The notes beneath the pieces were generated by a model. That model worked only from the letters and a program-made list of their open reading frames with translations. It searched no databases and was not told the origin of the DNA. A stretch of DNA of 64,000 nucleotides from Macrostomum lignano (Eukaryota), in assembly GCA_002269645.1 (NCBI GenBank), contig NIVC01001715.1, positions 124,001-188,000 of the forward strand, in the 5' to 3' direction. Shown piece after piece: positions 13,593 through 25,642 of the stretch. Positions within the stretch are counted from its first letter, which is position 1, and each line of letters opens with the position of its first letter. The position numbers and the translations under genes are program-made.

Positions 13593-14891
13593 CCCGTTGG
13601 ATTTTGAGTTTTTAAAGTAGGCATGAAAGTGAAGAGTTTTGCACCTTCTGCCTGACTTTCGCCTCTCTTATGCCTATTTTGTGCCACTTGTGCACCTTTT
13701 GTTCACCTGAGTGCCTCTGCAGGGGCGGAAGGTGAATTTGAGGCACGAAATAGGCGGTAGGGGCACAGGTGTCGTTGGGGAGTTAGGTGCATAAAAGGTG
13801 CACAGTGTGCGTTGAGGCACAGAAGGTGAATAAAGTAGTAATTGGGGGCATTGGGGGGAGTGAAAAGTGAATAAAAGGTGCGCTGCTGTGGAGGTGCAGA
13901 AAAGGTGTACAGTGTGCACTGGAGGCACGAAAGGTGAATAAAAGGTGCACAGTGGGCACTTTAGGCGTAGAGGCAATGCAAGGGGCGTTAAAGTTTCAAC
14001 TGGCGAAGTTTTTTGCTACCTTTTCTCACTATTGGAAACTTTTCCTCACTAATGCAAGCCTTTCATCACTTTTCGGAACTTTTCCTGAGTATTTGAAAGT
14101 CATTAAGACTTATCAGTATAGGAAATGTTTAGTCTCGTGGTCCGTCAGGAGTAGGAAGGGGATAGCAGCGATTAGTATAGGTGTAAATAAAGCTTTTCTA
14201 TGTTCAATCTGTGCGTGCAATGTACGAGTATGTAACTCTCAGTTATTTTGTTACAAATTATTAATGCGTTAATTCGTGCATAGGCATGAAAGGTGAGTGA
14301 GGTGCACAGAAGAGGCACTTTAGGGGTACTCCTCCTGACAAACCACGAAACTAAACATTTCCCATACTGATAAGTCTTAATGACTTTCAAATACTCAGGA
14401 AAAGTTCCGAAAAGTGATGAAAGGCCTGCACCAGTGAGGAAAAGTTTCCAATAGTGAGAAAAGGTAGCAAAAAACTTCGCCAGTTGAAACTTTAACGCCC
14501 CTTGCATTGCCTCTACGCCTAAAGTGCCCACTGTGCACCTTTTATTAACCTTTCGTGCCTCCAGTGCACACTGTACACCTTTTCTGCACCTCCACAGCAG
14601 CGCACCTTTTATTCACTTTTCACTCCCCCCAATGCCCCCAATTCCTACTTTATTCACCTTCTGTGCCTCAACGCACACTGTGCACCTTTTATGCACCTAA
14701 CTCCCCAACGACACCTGTGCCCCTACCGCCTATTTCGTGCCTCAAATTCACCCTCCGCCCCTGCAGAGGCACTCAGGTGAACAAAAGGTGCACAAGTGGC
14801 ACAAAATAGGCATAAGAGAGGCGAAAGTCAGGCAGAAGGTGCAAAACTCCTCACCTTTCATGCCCACTTTAAAAACTCAAAATCCAACGGG
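13593..14891. mobile_element. Fold-back element: about 560-bp inverted arms around an about 175-bp spacer
   Basis: Ends cccgttggattttgagtttttaaagt and actttaaaaactcaaaatccaacggg; the arms mirror each other (paired ORFs in the track); no TSD recognised. Confidence 0.85.
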
Positions 14892-14894
14892 ATT

Positions 14895-15510
14895 GGCTGT
14901 AGGTAGGTAGGATTCTACTGCAAATTTGGCTGTAGGTAGGTGGGATTCTACTGTAAATTTGGATGTGGGTAGATGGGATTCTACTGTAAATTTGGCTGTA
15001 GAAATGTGGGATTTGGGTGTAAGTGTGGCTGTAGGAAGGTGGGATTTGGGTGTAAGTGTGGCTGTAGGAAGGTGGGATTTGGGTGTAAGTGTGGCTGTAG
15101 GAAGGTGGGATTTGGGTGTAAGTGTGGCTGTAGGAAGGTGGGATTTGGGTGTAAGTGTGGCTGTAGGAAGGTGGGATTTGGGTGTAAGTGTGGCTGTAGG
15201 AAGGTGGGATTTGGGTGTAAGTGTGGCTGTAGGAAGGTGGGATTTGGGTGTAAGTGTGGCTGTAGGAAGGTGGGATTTGGGTGTAAGTGTGGCTGTAGGA
15301 AGGTGGGATTTGGGTGTAAGTGTGGCTGTAGGAAGGTGGGATTTGGGTGTAAGTGTGGCTGTAGGAAGGTGGGATTTGGGTGTAAGTGTGGCTGTAGGAA
15401 GGTGGGATTTGGGTGTAAGTGTGGCTGTAGGAAGGTGGGATTTGGGTGTAAGTGTGGCTGTAGGAAGGTGGGATTTGACTGTAAGTGTGGCTGTAGGAAT
15501 GTGGCATTTA
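14895..15510. repeat. 33-bp minisatellite just downstream of MPV17
   Basis: Unit gtggctgtaggaaggtgggatttgggtgtaagt. Confidence 0.97.
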
Positions 15511-15585
15511 GTCATTTTGAACAATTAACCACCTGGAGTCACCTGCTTCACCGACGACAATAAAAAACCGACGACAATATTATTA

Positions 15586-16188
15586 TTAGTGAGGCCGATT
15601 TGAATGCCAGCAGATGTAGCAATTCCAAAAATAGCCAACAAAACTGCCATACACCAGACGGAAATTCAGTGGCACAATAAAAAAATTGATAGCCTGGGCT
15701 AGCGGCCAGACTCGATAAGAATTCACCGCCATAGCTGGCAGTCGGTCGAGCACAAACTCTTTCACAGCCGCTGCAGACCGATCGCCTCTGACCACAACAG
15801 ACGTATAGCTTAGAAAGGTTAGCCACATAATTGGCGGCATGAGCCCCTGATCGGCGATGAGCATCTTCAATCGGCCATAGTTTGTCAATTCGAATTGGCG
15901 CGATAAAAACACGTACCAACAACGCAAGCCGGGACCAATCAGCAATGAGCTGAGTAGAAAATATCGTATAGTTCGAGAATAATCAAAGCGATCGGTTAAG
16001 TAGCTTAGACTGCTACTGCTGGACGATGAAGGATGCTGATCAATTGAAGATTTCAGGCGCAGCAGTGTTACGCATTGCACTGTGGCATCGCCAAAACCCA
16101 TAATTATACCGGAAGATAAGGACTGGGTTAGTATTGGCCTGGTATGAATCGCTCGAGAATACCAACGCCATAATGATCTGAGTGGCAT
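15586..16188 (-). CDS. MPV17: Mpv17/PMP22 family inner-mitochondrial-membrane protein, intronless, 200 aa
   Basis: RP..TQ...GD...Q, DQ...P, VWP.AQ.INF..VP, C-terminal WNCYICW. The first in-frame ATG is 16188; the track start at 16209 is TTG. Confidence 0.85.
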   Translation of the reverse strand: MPLRSLWRWYSRAIHTRPILTQSLSSGIIMGFGDATVQCVTLLRLKSSIDQHPSSSSSSSLSYLTDRFDYSRTIRYFLLSSLLIGPGLRCWYVFLSRQFELTNYGRLKMLIADQGLMPPIMWLTFLSYTSVVVRGDRSAAAVKEFVLDRLPAMAVNSYRVWPLAQAINFFIVPLNFRLVYGSFVGYFWNCYICWHSNRPH

Positions 16189-16341
16189 GTGATCGACATG
16201 AATTGACAACAGACTATAAATTATAAATCATGCATAGTTTAATTTTCAACTCTCTAGCCTATCAACTTTGTTAAATTTATTTGCGTTATGGTATTATTCA
16301 TTTCCTTAATAATAAATATACCCTCGTAGTGGGGTGATAAA

Positions 16342-16520
16342 GGCTAGCCAATGAGCGTCAAGCTATAGTGGATATTCAAGGCTAGCCAATGAGCGTCAAG
16401 CTAGAGTGGATTTTCAAGCCTAGCCAATGAGCGTCAAGCTAGAGTGGATTTTCAAGGCTAGCCAATGAGCGTCACGCTAGAGTGGGTATTCAAACCTAGC
16501 CAATGAGCGTCAAGCTAGAT
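16342..16520. repeat. Five 38-bp units, each with CCAAT and TGAGCGTCA, upstream of MPV17
   Basis: Unit ggctagccaatgagcgtcaagctagagtggattttcaa. Confidence 0.9.
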
Positions 16521-18459
16521 AGAGTATGGTGGTTGGTTTTATGGTCAAGCTTAAATAGAAAAATATTTCTGAGCCACTTATTCAATTTCTACAACTAATA
16601 AAAGTACATATTTCAGATTTTAAAAGCTATATACGAGCTAATATTAATAAATGGATGAAAACTTGATTTCAATAAGACGAAACGCTTAAAGCAAAGATTG
16701 TTAACCAAAAATCGCTTTATTAGTCGTCTGTAGTAACATAAATGTATATAAATTAATTATGAAACTTCCTTCGGGAATAAACATATTCGACAACAGGTCC
16801 ATTTCTTTACAGTACAATAACGAAGATATTCACGTCAAAAATGTGAAGTGAAATTACAGAATTATTTTTGTTTTAAAATGAATGGAGCAACACAAAATCT
16901 AGTAGAGGCGAATTATCTTTCAGAAATTGCAGGAACCAGCAGACTCGTACAACGGAAATTAATTAGAATTAAATTAGAAATGAATATGAACAAGCATGCA
17001 AGAATAAACATGTAGATAAGAAGTTTTTATCTAAGCGTCTTAGCTTAAATAAATTATACAGATGACGCCGATTGCGTATTCAATTTAATGATTCTCTGCA
17101 AGTAGTTTTAGATAGGCCACGAACTACAGATATTATAATAACTAGATTGACCATGCAACACATTTCCGTATAAGCTACTTTAAGTAAAAAACCAAATGAA
17201 AGTATTTTACTATCTATTTTAGGCTCTTAACCCCCACACCCCTGGCAATACCCCTCCACTCGAAACTCTGTCTCAACCGCCGGAGTTTTATTACCTTGTA
17301 TCTGTGTGGCACTGGCTAATGTACGCTATGACAGGACATAAAATATAAGGTTGGATATTTTCTTTTCTACCATCTTAAGCGGCTTCTAAACTTATCAAGT
17401 GATTATACTGTTATGCTGCGTCTAATTCAGCAATTAGTAGAGCATTGAATATATTTTAAATAACATTGATTGTTTACCAAATTTTCCACACATTTCTACT
17501 ATAAGTAGACTATCTAGGAAATTACTTAAAAAATGCTATCTTACGCATTTGTATTATTTTGTTATTTTTACTTTACTATTAGTAGGGAATCTAGGAAATT
17601 TCTTAAAAATTGTATTTTATACATGTATTATTTTGTAATTTTTTACTCTACTACAAGTAGAGTATCTAGAGAATCAACAAGAAGTCTTGTTAATCTAGTT
17701 ATTAGTAATATCTGTAGAACACACCAGTCATACGAATGAGCAAAGACCTACATGTAGCTACTGAATAACTGATAGTAAGCTTGGGTTAGTAGAATATTTT
17801 TATTAAGAAAAATAAAAGCGGTACAGTAGCAATCAAGGCGATAGTTATTATAGTAGAAAAACCTCTGCGGAATAAATATACATTTGTAGTTTTCCAACAG
17901 CAAAATAATGCACTGTTTTTCAAAAAGGATACACATATAAACAAATATTTTGCTATACATACTACTGACAGCAGACACTGGATAACACTGGATAAGAGTT
18001 TACTAATTTATTACATATCGTAGAATAACAAGTCCATATAGTACTACTGAAAATGAATATTTAGTGCAATGCTGAACACAGGCAGTAGCAAAATACATAC
18101 CTAACTACTTTTAGTAGTTAAAATAAAAATAAAACACAATAGCAGACCCATGCACACAGGCTGAGTGATCTTTTACCAGAAATTTCAAATATGTCATTGT
18201 GACATTTGGTTTGAGACTAGTAGGGCCAGGCGTGCATCAGTTTCCAATTTTGACAGGCATAAGATTGACAATCAAAGCTACAGAAGAAAAAAAACAAAAA
18301 AAAAGATATATTAGTTGGTCACCTCATGGCAAAGAGTTTCACCTTTGCAAACACAATCAGAGTTGCTTACTATTGCATCGCGATTAAATAAAGCATAATA
18401 CTATCACCCCAAATAAATAACCAGAGAGCCCTCTGTGCCCGTTTGAAAACGGTACGAAG

Positions 18460-18730
18460 TCATTGCAGGTAACACAGGTAAAATAGGAAAGAATCAGTGA
18501 CTCTAAAAACGACGAGATTTGAGACGTTTTATTGTCTTTGAGGAGATTTGAGGCGTGCTAGAGTCGCTATAGATTTAGAGTCACGGAGTTGCGTCCACTC
18601 GAGTTAGTAGTAAATTAAGCGCTTGGACGACTTTTTCGCGAATCTTTTACAATTCAGCAACACACGTGATGCGCTAGAGTCACTCGTGAGTTGCTTGCAA
18701 TGACTCTTTAGCGATTCTTGTCACTAGGTA
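18460..18730 (-). repeat. Second copy of the unclassified dispersed repeat
   Basis: ttgcaggtaacacaggtaaaataggaa is the reverse complement of the core near 1555-1581. Confidence 0.6.
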
Positions 18731-19055
18731 ACGTTTTCAACGGGATTATTGGCAAACTATTATAATTCGTCACCATTCAATACACCGAAGAGCTAAATCT
18801 AAAAATTATTGAATTTCAAGTACAATAAGCATTCACTTTTACTGTATACAGAAATTTAAATAAATTATTATAATAAAAATTATTCACTTTTAAATTTTAT
18901 AATTAATATTTACTCCAAAATCTATCTTCAAATTTTGAAATAGAAACATTAATTTGAGTAAAGTATTAGAAAGATTCAGAAAAAGAATTAACATCTATGT
19001 AGTCCTTTGATTGTTCCATCTACACGTACATGCTGTACTACTTATTATTGTAGAC

Positions 19056-19700
19056 TTAAAGTAGTTGCTGCTGATACTGCGGCTGCGTCGGGGGCGGCGG
19101 CTGCTGCTGGTATTGCGGCTCCATGTGCTGATTGTGCTGGTTGTAACCTCCATGGGGCGGCATCTGCTGCTGCTGCTGCTGCTGGGGCGGCGGCTGCTGC
19201 GGTGGCTGCTGCTGCTGCATCATATGCTGCTGCAGCTGCAGATAGGCTGCATGCTGTTGCTGTTGCTGGTCGAAATTTGAATAGACCACGCCAGTAGACG
19301 ATACTGGCGGCTGAGGCTGACCATAAGCGCCGCCGCTAAAGCCGTCAGGCGCAGCAGAAGACACAACTGGATAGTACATCTGCTGTTGCTGCTGCGCCTG
19401 CGGCGGTGGAGGAGGCGGCGGCGGTGGAGCGGACGCGCTCATCAAATTGTGATACATCTGGAATGCTTCAGCTAGCCGAGTGTTGAGCTGGTGCAGCTCC
19501 AGGTATTTCCGGTCGAGCTGTTCAATCTCGGAGTCGATTAGGGGTGCCATCTGACGGCAGCGCTCCTCCAGGTGGGGCAGCTCGGCCGGATCTGGCCGAT
19601 TAGGGTCACCAGTGGGGTCGCAGTTCTCCAACTGGGCAAGGCATTCATCGATTTGAGCTGGATCGATGGTTACCGGCTCCTCGATTAGTTTGACTGACAC
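19056..19700 (-). CDS. STAM: STAM exon 3 (GAT/coiled coil, P/Q-rich tail)
   Basis: tag|GTG; IDPAQIDECL..L...DPTG...LEERCRQMAPLIDSEIEQLDRK..EL..LN.RL.EAFQMY. Confidence 0.9.
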   Translation of the reverse strand: MSVKLIEEPVTIDPAQIDECLAQLENCDPTGDPNRPDPAELPHLEERCRQMAPLIDSEIEQLDRKYLELHQLNTRLAEAFQMYHNLMSASAPPPPPPPPPQAQQQQQMYYPVVSSAAPDGFSGGAYGQPQPPVSSTGVVYSNFDQQQQQHAAYLQLQQHMMQQQQPPQQPPPQQQQQQQMPPHGGYNQHNQHMEPQYQQQPPPPTQPQYQQQLL

Positions 19701-19734
19701 CTACATTGTTTGGATAGGGATGGGCGATTGATTG

Positions 19735-20030
19735 CAGTACAAATGTACTTTAACATACACAAAAGTACTTTCAGTTGCATAAGAGTACTTTTAGGCAACA
19801 AAAAAGTACTTTTAAAAAACAAAAATGTACTTTTAAGGAACAAAAATGTACTTTTAAGTTCCTGAAATGTACTTTTAAGTTCCAGAAATGTTCTTTCTAG
19901 CTACAAAATGTACTTTTAAGTTTTAGAAATGTACTTGTAAATTACAGAAATTTTCTTTTCACTAAGGTAAAAGTACTTTTGATAATAAGCATTTTTACTG
20001 TACTTGTACAACGTTCTTAAGCGTGTACTT
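19735..20030. repeat. Degenerate aaaatgtactttt array, STAM intron 2
   Basis: Direct inspection. Confidence 0.75.
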
Positions 20031-20051
20031 TTATAAGCAGAACTTATCTAC

Positions 20052-20634
20052 CTGATCATTAAAACTGACACCCTTGCCAGGCTCTTCACTTTTCGGCCCG
20101 GTGTCGTCCTCAACAAAGGTTGACGGGAACAGGCCGACCATGCCGCCAGACAGGGTGGACCCGTGCCACCAGTTGGGATCGGAGCAATCGTCTACCAAGA
20201 TCACGTCGCCAGTATGGAAAGTTAATTCGTTATCCTCGGCGGCTTCGAAATCGTACAGAGCGCGGACTCGCTTCAGCACCGGCGGAGGCGGAGCGGAACT
20301 CGGGGGTCCGGCCGAGTTCAACAAGTACGCGCCTGACGGGGCGTCAGCGGCTGGCATCATGTTTGGATAGAGTCCGCCGGCGCCGCCGCTGCCGCCTCCA
20401 CCGCTAGCTCCGCCACCAAGTCTAGGAGAAGCAGATCGCTGCTGCTGTTGCTGCTGCTCTTGCAAAGATAAAGCAATTGCTTTAGCAAGATCTTCGTCTT
20501 CTTTGCTCAGAGCAGCTGCACTCGAGTCTTTCTGACTGGCGCTGCCAGATCTGCCGCCACCGCTGCTGCCAACGCCGCCGCTGGAGGCACTCGACTTACT
20601 TTTGCTAGCAGCGGCCTCCAGATTTCCGGAAGTT
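20052..20634 (-). CDS. STAM: STAM exon 2 (UIM and SH3)
   Basis: [16 protein letters not shown] (UIM); [29 protein letters not shown]...GLFPSTFV (SH3). Confidence 0.93.
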
Positions 20635-20729
20635 CTAAAAATTATTAAACATCATTGCTGTTTCTTAAAGCTGACACTATAGATGGTTTACGGTCCATTA
20701 CAATTATGGGATTTGAATAAGCCTTTTGT

Positions 20730-21290
20730 TGAATAGAAGACACAGAGTTGAGGTTAGGCCAGCAATAGCCTATCAGCATCAAGTTGAAGAGAGAAGACAC
20801 AGAGTTTAGTTCAGGCCAGCAATAGCCAATCAGCATCAAGTTGAATAGAAGACACAGAGTTTAGTTCAGGCCAGCAATAGCCAATCAGCATCAAGTTTAA
20901 GAGAGAAGACACAGAGTTTAGTTCAGGCCAGCAATAGCCAATCAGCATCAAGTTGAAGAGAGAAGACACAGAGTTTAGTTCAGGCCAGCAATAGCCAATC
21001 AGCATCAAGTTGAAGAGAGAAGACACAGAGTTTAATTCAGGCCAGCAATAGCCAATCAGCATCAAGTTGAAGAGAGAAGACACAGAGTTTAATTCAGGCC
21101 AGCAATAGCCAATCAGCATCAAGTTGAAGAGAGAAGACACAGAGTTTAATTCAGGCCAGCAATAGCCAATCAGCATCAAGTTGAAAGAGAGAAGACACAG
21201 AGTTTAGTTCAGGCCAGCAATAGCCAATCAGCATCAAGTTGAAGAGAGAAGACACAGAGTTTAGTTCAGGCCAGCAATAGCCAATCAGCC
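20730..21290. repeat. 57-bp minisatellite, STAM intron 1
   Basis: Unit agaagacacagagtttagttcaggccagcaatagccaatcagcatcaagttgaagag. Confidence 0.96.
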
Positions 21291-21399
21291 CCTGTTTCTA
21301 AGTTGAGCAGTTCCCCAATAACAAATTTGACGGCACCGCTGCTTAACCTTGAGCTTAAGCTTAGCCCCAATCCCATAGCGACCAGTCAATACTACTCAC

Positions 21400-21839
21400 T
21401 TGTTTTCATAGTCGAAAGTGAAGCCCATAGCTCTTAGATCGGACACTAGATCGCCAAGTAAACCCAGCGACGAGTCGTTGCGAATCTCGTTCATCTGCGA
21501 CCACTTGCGCAACAGATAAGCAAATCTTTGCAGCACCTGCGGATTAATAGATTTGTTGTTTAGAATGCTTTTAGCATCGCTGCAGAAACTTTTCGAGCAT
21601 AGCTCCCGATGAAACTCGTGACCGCAATTGGCCACGCAGCTGTCAAGCAGTGTGAGAGCTTGCATTGACACGTGCGGATTGCGGTTGCGCAATTTGCGCA
21701 ATAGAATTTTCAACACGTCCTTCTGACGCCTGCTGGCATTGATTAGATCAACGCATTCGTAGATTTGGTTCCAATCGTCTTTAGTGTTCTTCTCGTCCGT
21801 GCACTTGTCAATCTCTTGCTCAATCTTTGAGTGCGACAT
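21400..21839 (-). CDS. STAM: STAM exon 1 (VHS domain)
   Basis: IDKCTDEKN...W..I...D...NPHVSMQALTLLDSCVANCG; donor AA|gtgagt. Spliced CDS is 555 aa. Confidence 0.93.
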
Positions 21840-22315
21840 GATGATGCAGTTAAATTTGCTTCTTTTTTTCTAATTCAAAACAGTATAGTTTTCTTAAATC
21901 AGTTGTCAAAGTCTCAAGGATGAAGCATGAAAGGAGGAATGGATTGAGTATAAGTTAAAAGTAAAAAAATATTAATAATTAATTAAGTGCTTGGAAAATT
22001 CCATATTAACGAGTTAAAATAACTTAAAACAAAAAATGCTTATGGCTGAATGATAAGCAGACAGTAATCTTAAAATATGAATCTAATTTATTTATATTAC
22101 ACATCGCAGTAAATGCCTGTTGTGTCTGTCTATTCAGAACTCGCAACTCCACACAGTCCGAACTCAATACACTCGACGCACACCAAGTTCTGTCTGTCTG
22201 CAACCCGCAACCCCTAGCCACTGCAAGCAAGTACGATTGATCTAGTCTGCAAGGCTCACTCGCACACATAGTTCGGTCTTATACACTTGGAGTCAGACCC
22301 CACACATGTAATTAA

Positions 22316-24379
22316 TTATTTAGTAGGTGCATTCAAATCATCAGCGCCTTCGTCCGAGTCGTCGTCACCGAACGCCTCCTCATTCAGCCGAATGCCGCGC
22401 AGTTGACGCGCCGCCATAGCCGTAGCGGCAAACGTCGACGGCGAAGCACCGATCGAGGCCAGCAAAGACGATGGCCGGAAAACCGTTTCCCCATCCCTGG
22501 CGTCGCCGTCACCTTCAAGCGTACCGTGCCACACGATTCGTCGGCGACGGCGCGGTTGCGAATCGGCATCGTCGCGGCGATTTACAGTCTCGCCGCAACA
22601 GTCGTCTCTGCCAATATCATTGCCGTCGCCGTCACCTTCAACGAGCGGCAAGCCGCGTCTTGCTCTGGCCGCCTGTTCCCGCTGACGAAACAGTCTCCGG
22701 CGTTGGAGAATTACCGAATCTAATTCGCCTAGCACACGTCTAGTGGCGGCACGTCGAGCTGCTTCGTCTACATCGCCGATAGACACGTCGCCATTATCAT
22801 CTTCGCCGTCAACATCGCCGTCAACATCGGGTACAAGACCTTCAAGAAATTCATCCTCTACAGCCGAAGCGGTATCTTGCGACACCAGCACTACTGGACG
22901 GTCAGGCTCCGCCGTAACGAACGAGGCTGAAGTTGTGGGAGGCGACTGCGTGGCTGGCGGCTTAACTGCACTGGCGATTTCGTCACAGCAGGCAGCGGCA
23001 TTAACAGCATAGACACGCGCTTCCATAGCAATATCGGCAACCTCAATCATAGTAATGTTTGTCGAAGTTAAAGCGTTACGTTCGGCAAGAGCCGCCTTAA
23101 CTAACAGAGCTTCCGCTTGTAGACGCAGACTTCGAGCGGCCGCTTGCAACGGTGTTGAATTTTTGCTATCAGGCAAAGATGACTTGACAAGCAGTTCGCT
23201 ACTGTTGCCACCTAGAAACTCTTCTAACAGAGCGTCAACATCAGCTGCATCACGTTTTCTATGCCGCTCCAATCGGATCTCTAACTTGTCAACTTCGGAC
23301 CAAAGTTCATTCTCAAAGCTAGCAAAATTGCGGAAGAGTTCAAATAGACTAATACGAACACTGTGGTTGCTATGGGAACAGCCACCAAAAGCAAGTAAAA
23401 ATCTGAGCACAACATCCGAGAGATGCATCTGCAACAGAGCGGCCATGGAAGCCAGAGCAGTTGGCGCAAACCCATCGGTTGCTTTAATCAATTCCGCCAA
23501 TGTCAGATTAGCATTAAACGCTTCTCCAAACTCTGAATCGTCAGTAAGATACGCTAAGCCGCCTAGTTCAACATCGCGAGCTAATCTACGAATCGAATGA
23601 GTCAGCCGGCGACCAGATTCAAAAGCGGCCCGATTCAAAGCCGGAGCCGAACGACGCAACAAAGACGCATTAGAAGCGTCGCTCAGGTCTTTGTTGGCGG
23701 CGCCGCGTACAAGAGTGAAGCCGCGCTCTACCTGAAGACGCTCCCGAGCTAAGCGAAGACAGGCGCGTTGGCTTGCAAGGCAACGTTCGGCGCCATTCAG
23801 CACGGAGGCCAACCAGCGAGCGAGAAGTTGCAACAATACCAAGCAAGATATCACGGTTGTAGAAACAACTGCAATTGTAGCTAACAGTACAATAAGCATG
23901 TCGAACACTAAATAGACTGCAAATATCACTACCAATACAGGTAGAGCTGCTAGGAGCAATGTTCTAACTGGCACCGGGGATTTCCAGTGCCAACTGTCTT
24001 CAGACAATGCCAATAGTAACAAACGCATATCGTCATCATCAAGTAGAAGGCGGAGCTTATTAACATTAGCTGATACAGTTCGAGAAACGACTAATCGAGC
24101 AACTCGTTCAGCTATGCCAATGGAATTATGAAAATTTGCTGTTTCATCTGGATCATTGGATCTCAGCTGATGCTCAATTTCATCCATAGGCTCAGTTACC
24201 GGAGTCGCAGCGACACTGACAGCGTCGCTTAATCCCACCTCTGCTGCGTACCGTCCCAGGGGGGAATTGGCCGGCAAAATCTCTTCATCGTCGTCATTAT
24301 CCTCATAATTATTATAAATATCATTCGTTATCTTTTGATGGTGTACTGCTTTTTCAGAGCATTCGGCTGCAGCTTGCAT
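22316..24379 (-). CDS. VEZT: Vezatin-like transmembrane protein, single exon, about 687 aa
   Basis: NSPL motif, two adjacent hydrophobic helices, ERGFTLV (vezatin SRGFTLV), RSLRLQAEALL, EFLEG.V, VL.EL.SVI. First ATG is 24379. Confidence 0.72.
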   Translation of the reverse strand: MQAAAECSEKAVHHQKITNDIYNNYEDNDDDEEILPANSPLGRYAAEVGLSDAVSVAATPVTEPMDEIEHQLRSNDPDETANFHNSIGIAERVARLVVSRTVSANVNKLRLLLDDDDMRLLLLALSEDSWHWKSPVPVRTLLLAALPVLVVIFAVYLVFDMLIVLLATIAVVSTTVISCLVLLQLLARWLASVLNGAERCLASQRACLRLARERLQVERGFTLVRGAANKDLSDASNASLLRRSAPALNRAAFESGRRLTHSIRRLARDVELGGLAYLTDDSEFGEAFNANLTLAELIKATDGFAPTALASMAALLQMHLSDVVLRFLLAFGGCSHSNHSVRISLFELFRNFASFENELWSEVDKLEIRLERHRKRDAADVDALLEEFLGGNSSELLVKSSLPDSKNSTPLQAAARSLRLQAEALLVKAALAERNALTSTNITMIEVADIAMEARVYAVNAAACCDEIASAVKPPATQSPPTTSASFVTAEPDRPVVLVSQDTASAVEDEFLEGLVPDVDGDVDGEDDNGDVSIGDVDEAARRAATRRVLGELDSVILQRRRLFRQREQAARARRGLPLVEGDGDGNDIGRDDCCGETVNRRDDADSQPRRRRRIVWHGTLEGDGDARDGETVFRPSSLLASIGASPSTFAATAMAARQLRGIRLNEEAFGDDDSDEGADDLNAPTK

Positions 24380-24587
24380 CGCAGCTTGCTTATCCAACAG
24401 ACTGAAACAAACATAGTGAGGAAACTATCAAAATCAATTTCAAAGCAATTAGAAGTTGTAAAAAATCAACAACTAAAATACTACTAAGCCACAAGTCACA
24501 ACTAAACCAGTAGTGCGTCATTGCAAATAGAAATACAGAGAGATAAAAATAAAACCAAGGTACGAGTTTATAATTAAAATATCCATT

Positions 24588-24868
24588 ATAATAATAATGT
24601 GATGTGCAACCGACAGCTCAGCCGCAGCCATTGCGCGGCGCATCTGAAGGCTGCGTACGGCTGTTCAGTCCAAGGACTGGGGGGTCGCCACACACACCCT
24701 CAACTTTAATTACGAGTACCCCAGGTAATGCTGGCACCCATTTTACAGTAATGCATTGAAGCAATGCAGGGTTGAAGTGTCTTGCTCAAGCAAGTTGTTC
24801 CGAGTGGGTGAATCGAACCCCCGACCTTTCAATCGTGAGTCCGACGCTCTAACCACTAGGCCAAACCC
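24588..24868 (-). mobile_element. tRNA-derived SINE family 1 (CORE-like body, (ATT)n tail)
   Basis: A box tggcctagtgg, B box ggttcgattc, body cttgagcaagacactt...ctgtaaaatggg. Confidence 0.8.
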
Positions 24869-25207
24869 TATAAAAACCTAAAATACCTAATAGGGTAAAA
24901 CAGTACAATTTTTAATCTCACACTAGTCTAAACTGTAAAAAATTTTTAAAAGAATTAACCCAGAAGTTGTTGACAATGTATATGAAAACAAAAGTATTAT
25001 TGCAAATATTTATTATTCAACTATTTTGTTTAAACAAAAGCAACTGCGTGCAAATAAACTTTAGAACATTAGGATGGATATAAATAGGAACGAGCAGAAA
25101 AGTTTATTTGTACTCGTAAAACAATCAAATGCAACTGCAATGACATACTAAATAATATATAGATTTTGCCAGCCAAGCTGATGATTTACTGCATGGAACT
25201 CTTTGAA

Positions 25208-25642
25208 GCACAGACACAGACACAGAGACAGACACAGACACAGAGACAGACACAGACACAGAGACAGACACAGACACAGACACAGAGACAGACACAGACA
25301 CAGACACAGAGACAGACACAGAGACAGACACAGACACAGAGACAGACACAGACACAGAGACAGACACAGACACAGAGACAGACACAGACACAGAGACAGA
25401 GACAGACACAGAGACAGACACAGACACAGAGACAGACACAGAGACAGACACAGACACAGAGACAGACACAGACACAGAGACAGACACAGACACAGAGACA
25501 GACACAGACACAGAGACAGACACAGAGACAGACGCAGAGACAGATACAGAGACAGACACAGACACAGAGACAGACACAGACACAGAGACAGACACAGACA
25601 CAGAGACAGACGCAGAGACAGACACAGACACAGAGACAGAGA
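25208..25642. repeat. Compound (GACACA/GAGACA) microsatellite
   Basis: Direct inspection. Confidence 0.97.
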
